8,016 bases of DNA from Nitrososphaerota archaeon (GTDB taxonomy: Archaea; Thermoproteota; Nitrososphaeria; Nitrososphaerales; UBA57). Below, one piece after another: positions 1 to 6,763 of this stretch (positions are counted from its first letter, which is position 1; every line of letters begins with the position of its first letter). The notes under the pieces were generated by a model. It was not told the origin of the DNA, made no database searches, and saw only the letters and a list, made by a program, of their open reading frames with translations. The stretch spans positions 1 through 8,016 of the forward strand of contig JABUBF010000014.1 of assembly GCA_013306035.1 (NCBI GenBank), given 5' to 3'. The translations under genes were made by a program, and so were the position numbers.

Positions 1-1496
1 AAAGTAAAAGGTCCTACGTCATCTGCGCGCTTTTGAACAATATTTAATGCGTCTCGAGGAGAAAGGTTACCTCGAATTACTTGATTAAGTTGGTTTAACA
101 TTTCGCCTTCAATTGAATCCCATTTAGGGAATCCGGGTTTAATATTAATCTCGTCGCGGTCTATAGCATTCTTAACAGTGTCAAAATGTCTTATAGTTCC
201 TTCTTTTATCAGTTCTTGAACATTTGGATTTTCATAAACAGAATTTCTAGTCGGTACTGCAAGAGCTAGTGGATCCATAGCTGCAATCAATTGCATAGAA
301 GATACAGTAGCCCATTGAATAAAGACCCATGCAGCTGCAGGATTTCTTGAATATTTTGGAATAGCTAAACCTGCACCAGAATAATGATGGGATGCACCGG
401 CGTCGCCAACAGGATTTCTAGTATAACCTACATCACGAACTACATAAGATTCTCCAGGAATGTCCATCAAAGATGCAAATTCGGTGAGATTAATACATGT
501 AGCAGCTCGTCTTTGAGACATTGATTCAGCTGCAGGAGCCCATCCATAGAATGCAGAATTAGGTTCGGCGTATTTACTTACTTCTAAATAATGTTCTAAT
601 GCAGAAACAGCAACATCACTATTTATATCGGCAGTAATAGTACCGTCTTTTTTAATATCCCAGAGTTTACCGCCAAATGAATATAACCAATTATGAAATT
701 CCATAATTATTGATGGGAATTTAGCAGCCATTAATACGGTACCGAATCTCGTTCTAGAAGGATCATGAAAATGTCTTATGTCGTCAAGATATTCATCCCA
801 AGTAACTGAGACTTCACGACCTTCTTTAGAATATAGGTCCTTTCTAAAAAAACGAATCATTAAAGGAACTTCTTGGGGCATTTGAGTGAAAGTTCCATTA
901 AAGTCAATATTCCAAGGTGCACTAAGCTTTGGTGGATAAGTACATGTGTAATCTATTACAGGATTTACAAAGTCGTCTAAATTAAGTCCTGGATAAGTAA
1001 ATTCAGGGTAGGTTTCCAGTAAATGTTCAATAGTCAATATATGTGGGGCAAAACGACCTACTTGAGAAACGTCGACATTCATTATGTCAAAAGTTGGAGA
1101 TTGAGTAGAAACCGCCAATAAACATTTTGAAAGATTATTTTTATAGATATCAAATTCCAGTTTCAACTCTACTCCAGTGGAGGTTTCAAAATCAATACGA
1201 TTACGATGTAATGAACGAGGGCCAACTTCAGCCTCTATGGCAATTCTCAAACTCTTTCCGGCTATTTTCTCAGAGACTGATTCGAGCCAACGAATGAAGT
1301 CAACATATTCGTCAGGAAGGAAATTTTGTGGGTTTTTTGGTAATGCAAGACGAGTATATCGATCAGAAAGAGCGCCAGGTTCAGTTGTAGTAGGACTTTG
1401 AGTAAGGTTGTTTAGTCCATAATAGCCAGCTGCGCCAAGACCAACTGCAGCTCCAGCTAAACCTAAAAATTTACGTCTAGATACATTAGATGACAA
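1..1496 (-). CDS. ABC transporter substrate-binding protein, family 1 (sugar/CUT1-like), twin-arginine signal; C-terminal end lies beyond position 1 (partial)
   Basis: I translated the minus strand by hand and the frame stays open from 1496 to position 1 (frame checked at 1496, 900 and 120). The N-terminus reads (M/L)SSNVSRRKFLGLAGAAVGLGAAGYYG, with a Tat-type S-R-R-x-F-L motif at 1481-1464 followed by a hydrophobic stretch. The only start that keeps this motif is TTG at 1496-1494, because an in-frame TAA lies two codons upstream. The body has the SBP family-1 look: ...VTWDEYLDDIRHF..., ...FHNWLYSFGGKLWD..., ...GLAIPKYSRNPAAAWVFIQWATS.... It is absent from the ORF track, presumably because it has a non-ATG start and no stop in the window. 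Confidence 0.8.
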   Translation of the reverse strand, partial: MSSNVSRRKFLGLAGAAVGLGAAGYYGLNNLTQSPTTTEPGALSDRYTRLALPKNPQNFLPDEYVDFIRWLESVSEKIAGKSLRIAIEAEVGPRSLHRNRIDFETSTGVELKLEFDIYKNNLSKCLLAVSTQSPTFDIMNVDVSQVGRFAPHILTIEHLLETYPEFTYPGLNLDDFVNPVIDYTCTYPPKLSAPWNIDFNGTFTQMPQEVPLMIRFFRKDLYSKEGREVSVTWDEYLDDIRHFHDPSRTRFGTVLMAAKFPSIIMEFHNWLYSFGGKLWDIKKDGTITADINSDVAVSALEHYLEVSKYAEPNSAFYGWAPAAESMSQRRAATCINLTEFASLMDIPGESYVVRDVGYTRNPVGDAGASHHYSGAGLAIPKYSRNPAAAWVFIQWATVSSMQLIAAMDPLALAVPTRNSVYENPNVQELIKEGTIRHFDTVKNAIDRDEINIKPGFPKWDSIEGEMLNQLNQVIRGNLSPRDALNIVQKRADDVGPFT

Positions 1497-1621
1497 ATGT
1501 TACACGATATTTTTAGTTTAAGATAAACATTGCTTTTTCGAAGTGTCGTTACCACTAATTTCTAAATATAAAATTATTAATAAATTACAAAGTATATTCA
1601 TAAACAACTTAGTGATTAGAT
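1497..1621. promoter_or_regulatory. Divergent AT-rich intergenic region, presumably holding promoters for the minus-strand SBP gene and the plus-strand ATPase gene
   Basis: 125 bp lie between divergent starts. For the plus gene there is a TATA-like run TAAATATAAAATTATTAATAAATTA (1563-1587), plus GTGAT (1612-1616), a partial Shine-Dalgarno match to GGAGGTGATC, 5 nt before ATG 1622. On the minus strand, TTTATCTTAA (1527-1518) is centred about 27 nt upstream of TTG 1496, which fits a leaderless archaeal transcript. No transcription start site data. Confidence 0.4.
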
Positions 1622-2740
1622 ATGGCTGAACTGGTGATTGAAAAATTAACAAAAAGATTTGGAGATAATCTAATTATTGATAATATTAATTTTACAGTGC
1701 CTAGTGAAAAATTTGTTACGATTTTAGGTCCTAGTGGATGTGGAAAAACAACTGTATTGAGGTGCATAGTGGGAGTTGAAAGACCTGATGGGGGAAAGAT
1801 GAAACTGGGTGATAAAGTATTATTTTCTAAAAATGAAAACTTGTTTATTCCTACTGAAAAACGAGGAATGGGAATGGTATATCAATCATATGCTCTATGG
1901 CCTCACATGACTGTTTTTGAGAATGTTGCTTATCCTTTACAAATTAGAAATATGAAAAAGGATGAAATTAGGAAAAAAGTTTTAGACATATTAAAATTAG
2001 TAAAATTGAATGGACTTGAAGACAGGTTAGTGCCAAATCTTAGTGGAGGACAACAACAAAGAGTTTCTTTAGCAAGAGCATTGGTATATAATCCAACTTT
2101 ATTATTACTAGATGAACCGCTTAGCAATTTAGATGTAGTATTAAGAGATGAGATGCGTACTGAATTGAAGGATTTACAAAGAAGATTAAAAATAACAACA
2201 ATATATGTAACACACGATAGAACTGAAGCATTATCATTGAGCGATCATATAATCATTATGGATAAAGGAGTAATCAAAGCTACAGGAACGCCAATAGATT
2301 TATTGAGAGATCCTCCAAATTCTTATGCTGGAATTATATTGGGAGATATGTCGTTAATAAAAGGAAGTGTTTCAAATAATTCAGAGAAAACTGTAGAGAT
2401 AAAGATAGGAAATCATAAGATTGTTTGTAGAAAACAAAGAGACTGGAATGAAAATGAAGAAGTCGGAATATTGATCAGAGGTACAGAAGTAGTCATTCAT
2501 AATAATAAAAGGTCAGTCGATAATCTTTTACCTGCAAAAATAAAAAGTGCAACTTATGCAGGTCAAATTGTTGAGTATAAAATGATAGTTAATGATCAGG
2601 TAATCAAAGTTCCAAAGAGTATAGAGGAATTTATAATTCCTGAAGAAGGAAGTGATGAAACAATACATTCTCTTCATGAGAGTGGAGAAGATGTATATAT
2701 CGAGATACCAGACTCGGCATGTCATGTTGTAAAAGAATAA
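1622..2740 (+). CDS. ABC transporter ATP-binding protein, MalK/PotA/FbpC type with a C-terminal TOBE-like regulatory domain
   Basis: 372-aa ORF with the full motif set. Walker A is GPSGCGKTT (1727-1753), the Q-loop is VYQSYALWPHMTVFENV, and the ABC signature is LSGGQQQRV (about 2039-2065). Walker B plus D-loop reads LLLLDEPLSNLD and the H-loop reads YVTHD. A C-terminal extension of about 130 aa is typical of the OB-fold (TOBE) domain in importer ATPases. Confidence 0.93.
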   Translation: MAELVIEKLTKRFGDNLIIDNINFTVPSEKFVTILGPSGCGKTTVLRCIVGVERPDGGKMKLGDKVLFSKNENLFIPTEKRGMGMVYQSYALWPHMTVFENVAYPLQIRNMKKDEIRKKVLDILKLVKLNGLEDRLVPNLSGGQQQRVSLARALVYNPTLLLLDEPLSNLDVVLRDEMRTELKDLQRRLKITTIYVTHDRTEALSLSDHIIIMDKGVIKATGTPIDLLRDPPNSYAGIILGDMSLIKGSVSNNSEKTVEIKIGNHKIVCRKQRDWNENEEVGILIRGTEVVIHNNKRSVDNLLPAKIKSATYAGQIVEYKMIVNDQVIKVPKSIEEFIIPEEGSDETIHSLHESGEDVYIEIPDSACHVVKE

Positions 2741-2803
2741 TTTGGATTAAATCAGTAGGCACAGGTAATCTAAGTGACTAAGTTAGAATAATTCTACATA
2801 TAG

Positions 2804-2820
2804 TGTTTTAAATTAAATCT
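2804..2820 (+). promoter_or_regulatory. Candidate archaeal TATA-like box for the 2835 gene (short or no leader)
   Basis: TTTTAAATTAAAT (2806-2818) is centred about 23 nt upstream of ATG 2835. No Shine-Dalgarno-like purine run lies between it and the start. Weak evidence, because the whole spacer is AT-rich. Confidence 0.3.
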
Positions 2821-2834
2821 ATAATTTACATGCT

Positions 2835-3995
2835 ATGACACAAGGATACGAGAATCTAGAGTTAAAAGAAATGGAAAGAGCCGCAAAAGAAGATGGAAAA
2901 CTAATCATATATGCTTCATTAAGAGGAGTATTACAGAATTCTGTCAAGGCATTTCGTAAGAAATATGAACATCTAAATCTACATGTTGAATATATTTCAT
3001 CCCACCCAGTACCAATTGAAAGAAGAATTGAACGAGAGGCAGAATTATTCAAGGATCTGCCAAGTGATGGAGACAATAGACATATCGAACCAGGTACTGC
3101 AGACGTAGTAATAATGCCGCAATTCATGCTAATACAAATGACAAACAAAGGAATGCTGCGAGAATGTAATTCATACATAAAGAAGACGCATCTCAAATTA
3201 TGGCCAGACATAATTAAAAATGAAAAAGCCACATGGGCAGCAATGGCAGTTGAGCCAACAGGAGTTGTTTACAATGATGCATTATTCAATAAGCTATATG
3301 CCGACAAAGGGGGTTTAGATTATCTTCCAACGACATTTGATGAATATGTTGATCCAAAATGGAGCGAAGTTAACGGAAAAATAGGAATAGCTGGACAGAA
3401 AATTCAGACAAGTCATGCAATTCAATCACTCATAAGATTTCCTGAAGGAAAGATGGGATTCTATTATTTAATTTCATTGAAAGAACACATAGGTGAAAGT
3501 AAATGGACCGAGCTTATGAAATCAATGGCAAAGAATGTTGCGCCTGCCACGTATGAATGTCTTCTACACATGACACACAATCTAGGTCTGGGCCAACACG
3601 TTTTTGGTCTACCAGCAACACTTCGTAAACAAGGAATGGGAGATGACTATTCTTACATGAGAGAAGGAGGTTTGAAACCGCTCGTATTAACAGACATTCC
3701 ACCATCGGCCATAGCAAGATGCGCAGGTCTAACAGCTGCAGGTAAGAACAAAGGTGCGGCAGAGTTATTCTTTAACTTCATATGCAGTAGTGATTGGCAG
3801 AATGAACTAGGAAGAACACTAGATGGAATGGTGCCAGCACGACCTGGAACTGTTACTGAATATTGGGTAAGCCAAGCATTAGACAAAGGATTCATCCACT
3901 ATCCAAAAGAAGAGCACGTTAAGAAAGAAGATGAATACGTGGAAGAATTCAAAAGCTTAGGATTAGGTAGTGACTTACCTAAAGGCGTAGGTTAG
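2835..3995 (+). CDS. Periplasmic-binding-protein fold protein (SBP family 1, Fe(III)/polyamine-like) with no signal peptide, lipobox or membrane anchor
   Basis: 386-aa ORF with SBP hallmarks: AAKEDGKLIIYASLRG near the N-terminus, ...TADVVI..., ...GVVYNDALFNK..., ...PTTFDEYVDPKWS..NGKIGIA..., ...TAAGKNKGAAELFFNFICSSDWQNELGRTLDGMVPARPG.... The N-terminus MTQGYENLELKEMERAAKED is hydrophilic. An in-frame TAA at 2814-2816 limits any upstream extension to 6 codons. The gene ends in tandem stops TAG TAG (3993-3998). Confidence 0.8.
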   Translation: MTQGYENLELKEMERAAKEDGKLIIYASLRGVLQNSVKAFRKKYEHLNLHVEYISSHPVPIERRIEREAELFKDLPSDGDNRHIEPGTADVVIMPQFMLIQMTNKGMLRECNSYIKKTHLKLWPDIIKNEKATWAAMAVEPTGVVYNDALFNKLYADKGGLDYLPTTFDEYVDPKWSEVNGKIGIAGQKIQTSHAIQSLIRFPEGKMGFYYLISLKEHIGESKWTELMKSMAKNVAPATYECLLHMTHNLGLGQHVFGLPATLRKQGMGDDYSYMREGGLKPLVLTDIPPSAIARCAGLTAAGKNKGAAELFFNFICSSDWQNELGRTLDGMVPARPGTVTEYWVSQALDKGFIHYPKEEHVKKEDEYVEEFKSLGLGSDLPKGVG

Positions 3996-3997
3996 TA

Positions 3998-4009
3998 GAA
4001 GAATTCTTC
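3998..4009. repeat. Perfect 12-bp palindrome GAAGAATTCTTC directly after the stop codons of the 2835-3995 gene
   Basis: Read directly: g3998..c4009 is self-complementary. Function unknown. It could be a small hairpin or a dimeric protein site. Confidence 0.6.
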
Positions 4010-4027
4010 ATAATTCATAAAATATAC

Positions 4028-4063
4028 GATAAGCATCAAAAAGATGCTTATCAACTAATTTTT
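4028..4063 (+). terminator. Hairpin (10-bp perfect stem, 5-nt A loop) followed by a T5 run; candidate transcription terminator, or alternatively an operator
   Basis: GATAAGCATC (4028-4037), AAAAA (4038-4042) and GATGCTTATC (4043-4052) form perfectly complementary arms. AACTAA follows, then TTTTT (4059-4063) and CTTC. Oligo-T tracts act as archaeal termination signals, and the site is 33 nt past the stop of the upstream gene. Confidence 0.5.
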
Positions 4064-4097
4064 CTTCATTATTAATGAGAGATTTCCATAATAAACT

Positions 4098-4122
4098 TAT
4101 TAATATTTTGTAATATTTTATT
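4098..4122 (+). promoter_or_regulatory. Candidate TATA-like promoter element(s) for the propeller operon, containing a tandem TAATATTTT duplication
   Basis: TAATATTTTG / TAATATTTTA lie at 4101-4110 and 4111-4120, a 9-bp unit repeated with a 10-bp period. They are centred about 26 nt upstream of ATG 4136, which has no Shine-Dalgarno-like element before it. This fits a leaderless first gene. Confidence 0.3.
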
Positions 4123-4135
4123 AACCTTTAAATCC

Positions 4136-5971
4136 ATGCGGGGGTCAAGTAATTCAATGATTATAAATAAACATGGAGTTTCATTTTTTATTATATTTTT
4201 ATTGTTAGCAACAAGCATACCTGCTGCGATTTCTCAGAATGCGGAATTGAATTGGATAAAGCCTGCAGCAGATGAACGAAATACAAATTTTCATCCACAG
4301 GATACAATCAACAAAGATAATGTAGACAATTTAGTTCTGAGTTGGATATATCAAGTTCCTGAAGATCCATTCAAAATTCCATATGTAGCCCCTGCTTTAG
4401 GTCTTCAAACGGCACCTTTGGTTGTAAGCGGAATAGTATACATTGCAACATTCTATAACAGAATAATTGCAATCAATGCAGAAACTGGTGCAGAGGTATG
4501 GCAATATCAAGCAGATGTTATGGAATTCGTTGATGAAGAATGGTGGTGGCCCGTATTAAGTCAGAAGAGTATAACATATCACGATGGAACAATATACATG
4601 ATGGCATCAGATTGTAGAATAATAGCACTGGATGCATTAAATGGAGCAGAAATATTTGTAATAAAAGATGTTTGTAAAGACGTAGAAGGAAATACGGGAT
4701 TATATTTTGGAGAACATGGTCCAGTAATTTTTGAAGACGTACTGATAGCAAGGCCTTCAGTACAAGATGGAGGAGGAAGAGGTTTCGTTGTAGCTTATGA
4801 CATAAATACGCAAGAAGAGTTATGGAGGTGGTTCTCGGTTCCACCATCTGGAGGAGATCCAGAATGGGACTTTAAAGATGCGGATAAAGGCAATATCAAG
4901 GCATATCCAGGAGACTGGGGAGATACTGATCTAATAGGTGGAGGAGCAGTTTGGAGTATGCTTGCAATTGATCAGGCAGAGAGAACAATATATTTCACAA
5001 CAGGAAGTAGTTCTGGAGTATTTGATGCAGCATTACGACCTGGACCTAATTTGTATGCAAGTTCAATAATAGCATTAAATGTAGATAGTGGAGAAATGAA
5101 ATGGTATTATCAAGTTGTACCACATGACATAAATGACCATGAAGTTGGTTGGAGTGTAATTCTTGCTGAAACAGAAATTAACGGAGATATGAAGAAAGTA
5201 ATAATGGCGGGTTCAAAAACAGATCATGTTTTTGTATTAGATGCTGAAACTGGTAAGACATTACATACACCATTAATGTTAGGAAATAATGCATTCAATG
5301 TGCCAAATGATGATGCAGGAAACAATGCAGATTTAACAATATCACAGAGATCTTTAGTAGGCAAGTCATTTTGTCCTGGAGGAAACGGAGGAATAGAACA
5401 CGCAGGAGCATATTCATCAGGAATATTATACTACGTAAGTCAGAAAGTCTGTTGGACAGTTACAGAGGGGCCAGTAGACTATAAAGGAAAAGATATTCAA
5501 GGATTTATTTATGGTTCGGTGCCAGGGGAAAGGCAAAATTCAACGTTATTCTCAATTAATGTAAATGACATGAGTATTAATTGGGTATTTGAAATGCCAA
5601 ACAGATATCAAAGTTCAGGAGTAATGGTCAGCGGAGGCGTAGTATACTTAGTAGATAGAGCTAGTGTAATGTACGCTGTAGATGTAGAAACAGGTAAGGA
5701 ATTACGTAAGATACAATGGGGAGGATTAGGAGCTGGAACAGTCACAGTAGGTGCAACGGCAAGAGGTGATATGATGTTATTCGTGCCATCTGGAGGAGGT
5801 CAAGTTGCTGCAAATACACCCGGAATAATTGCGGCTTTCAAGTTACCAGATGATGGAACAGGGCAAACAAGCATAATTGGAGATGTTCAAGAAAATATAT
5901 TCATATTGATTGCATTAGCAGCAGTAAGTATAGCAATTTATTCAGTTTACAATAACAAAAACAGAGGTTAA
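4136..5971 (+). CDS. PQQ-dependent dehydrogenase-like 8-bladed beta-propeller (quinoprotein alcohol/sugar dehydrogenase superfamily), secreted, with a C-terminal transmembrane anchor
   Basis: 611-aa ORF. The N-terminal signal-like segment is MRGSSNSMIINKHGVSFFIIFLLLATSIPAAIS/QN. The quinoprotein N-terminal signature is present: NW..PAADERNTNFHPQDTINKDNVDNLVLSW...LQTAPLVVSGIVYIAT...IIAINAETGAEVWQYQ. Seven further A/V-x-D-x-x-T/S-G-x-x-x-W type blade motifs follow: IIALDALNGAE, VVAYDINTQEELWRW, IIALNVDSGEMKWYYQ, VFVLDAETGK, LFSINVNDMSINW, MYAVDVETGKEL, IIAAFKL. The core block GGGAVWSMLAIDQAERTIYFTTG....RPGPNLYASSIIALNVDSGEMKWYYQVVPHD and the motif FCPGGNGG both resemble PQQ-ADH/MDH. The C-terminus is IFILIALAAVSIAIYSVY followed by NNKNRG. 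Confidence 0.88.
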   Translation: MRGSSNSMIINKHGVSFFIIFLLLATSIPAAISQNAELNWIKPAADERNTNFHPQDTINKDNVDNLVLSWIYQVPEDPFKIPYVAPALGLQTAPLVVSGIVYIATFYNRIIAINAETGAEVWQYQADVMEFVDEEWWWPVLSQKSITYHDGTIYMMASDCRIIALDALNGAEIFVIKDVCKDVEGNTGLYFGEHGPVIFEDVLIARPSVQDGGGRGFVVAYDINTQEELWRWFSVPPSGGDPEWDFKDADKGNIKAYPGDWGDTDLIGGGAVWSMLAIDQAERTIYFTTGSSSGVFDAALRPGPNLYASSIIALNVDSGEMKWYYQVVPHDINDHEVGWSVILAETEINGDMKKVIMAGSKTDHVFVLDAETGKTLHTPLMLGNNAFNVPNDDAGNNADLTISQRSLVGKSFCPGGNGGIEHAGAYSSGILYYVSQKVCWTVTEGPVDYKGKDIQGFIYGSVPGERQNSTLFSINVNDMSINWVFEMPNRYQSSGVMVSGGVVYLVDRASVMYAVDVETGKELRKIQWGGLGAGTVTVGATARGDMMLFVPSGGGQVAANTPGIIAAFKLPDDGTGQTSIIGDVQENIFILIALAAVSIAIYSVYNNKNRG

Positions 5972-5972
5972 A

Positions 5973-6758
5973 ATGAACACGATGTTAGGAAATAGTCATA
6001 GTGATGTGCGTTTTCTTAGTACAAGAATAACACCGTTTGTAATTGCAGCTGTTTTGTTATTTTTATTATTGCAGATTGTACAAAGTGCAGGCTTGTCTCA
6101 ATCGCAAATTGGTTCAGAAGAAGATCAGTTTGGTAATAATGATGTTTCTTCAGGTTTTGGTGATGATAATCTGTATATATTAGAAGTGAATATAATTTTA
6201 AAAGAAGAAGTTGAGCCATATCTACGACCTGTCAATGAACAATTAGTAGAGATATTCTGGGATATGAGAGATTTAGAGACGCAGGAAATGAAGGAATTTA
6301 CAGTTTCAGCTAATACCAACGTAGAGGGAAAAGCAGTGTTTGATTTATTTCCTGGAAAATATACATTAAGAATAGACTATAACGGAATTTCCAAGAATGA
6401 ATCAATTATAATAAACCCAGGAAATGAAAACAACGTCGATTGGGTAATATCAAAATATGTATTGAAAGAATATAATTTAGAATTTAGAGACAAAAATGGA
6501 GGAATCATATATCCAGAAGAAACCATCAGAATAATATATACTGGACCTCCACAATTAATCGATCCTTCTTCTATTCAATTATCCTCTGATTTAGATGGAA
6601 TTAACTTAGTATTCGATGTAAAAGAAGTTACAAATAGAGCAGAAATTTCAATAATGGAGCTTAGTCCAAGAGAAAGTTTCATAGTTGGAATATTTTCACC
6701 AGACAACCCTCCAGAAGCATCAATCTATTCAATAAATGTGGATAAAAGAACAAGGTAG
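5973..6758 (+). CDS. Hypothetical exported or membrane-anchored protein, Cys-free and acidic, probably built from beta-sandwich (carboxypeptidase-regulatory/prealbumin-like) modules
   Basis: 261-aa ORF starting 1 nt after the propeller stop (TAA 5969-5971, ATG 5973), with GAGGT (5964-5968) as a Shine-Dalgarno match. The N-terminus has a basic region (DVRFLSTR), then the hydrophobic ITPFVIAAVLLFLLLQIV, then the acidic SEEDQFGNNDVSSGFGDD, so the C-terminal part should face outwards. The motif NVEGKAVFDLFPGKYTLRIDYNG is typical of Ig-like/CarboxypepD_reg-type strands. The domain call is tentative. Confidence 0.72.
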   Translation: MNTMLGNSHSDVRFLSTRITPFVIAAVLLFLLLQIVQSAGLSQSQIGSEEDQFGNNDVSSGFGDDNLYILEVNIILKEEVEPYLRPVNEQLVEIFWDMRDLETQEMKEFTVSANTNVEGKAVFDLFPGKYTLRIDYNGISKNESIIINPGNENNVDWVISKYVLKEYNLEFRDKNGGIIYPEETIRIIYTGPPQLIDPSSIQLSSDLDGINLVFDVKEVTNRAEISIMELSPRESFIVGIFSPDNPPEASIYSINVDKRTR

Positions 6759-6763
6759 TATAT

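Noticed and set aside
1177-1401. 74-aa plus-strand ORF from the track
   Set aside because: It lies entirely antisense to the long, motif-rich minus-strand SBP gene (1-1496). The predicted protein has no recognisable motif and a low-complexity, Ser/Arg-rich composition typical of antisense frames.
1612-1629. GTGATTA (C-box-like) and CTGA (D-box-like) near the ATPase start, considered as a C/D box sRNA
   Set aside because: The two boxes are only about 8 nt apart, the C-box has a mismatch to RUGAUGA, and CTGA lies within the ATPase coding sequence. GTGAT is better explained as a Shine-Dalgarno element.
1930-2725. Two 65-aa minus-strand ORFs (1930-2127, 2528-2725) inside the ABC ATPase gene
   Set aside because: They are antisense shadow ORFs within a gene whose plus-strand translation carries every ABC ATPase motif. 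The first is Ser/Phe/Asn/Cys-rich and the second Phe/Tyr/Ile/Asn-rich, as expected from AT-rich antisense reading.
2770-2783. Short direct repeat CTAAGT-GA-CTAAGT between the ATPase and SBP-like genes
   Set aside because: A 6-bp unit repeated once in an AT-rich spacer is within chance expectation. There is no dyad symmetry and no second copy elsewhere in the window.
2819-3232. 137-aa minus-strand ORF overlapping the 5' end of the 2835-3995 gene
   Set aside because: It is antisense to a gene with clear SBP-family motifs. Its product is rich in Cys, Ser, Phe and Ile with no motif. It would start inside the other gene and end in the promoter spacer, so it is most likely a shadow ORF.
3514-3895. 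Minus-strand ORFs of 67 aa and 80 aa inside the SBP-like gene
   Set aside because: Antisense shadow ORFs with no motifs, no plausible start context and overlap with each other.
4518-4847. 109-aa minus-strand ORF inside the propeller gene
   Set aside because: It is antisense to the well-supported propeller CDS. Its Leu/His/Gln-rich repetitive translation is characteristic of the reverse frame of a coding region.
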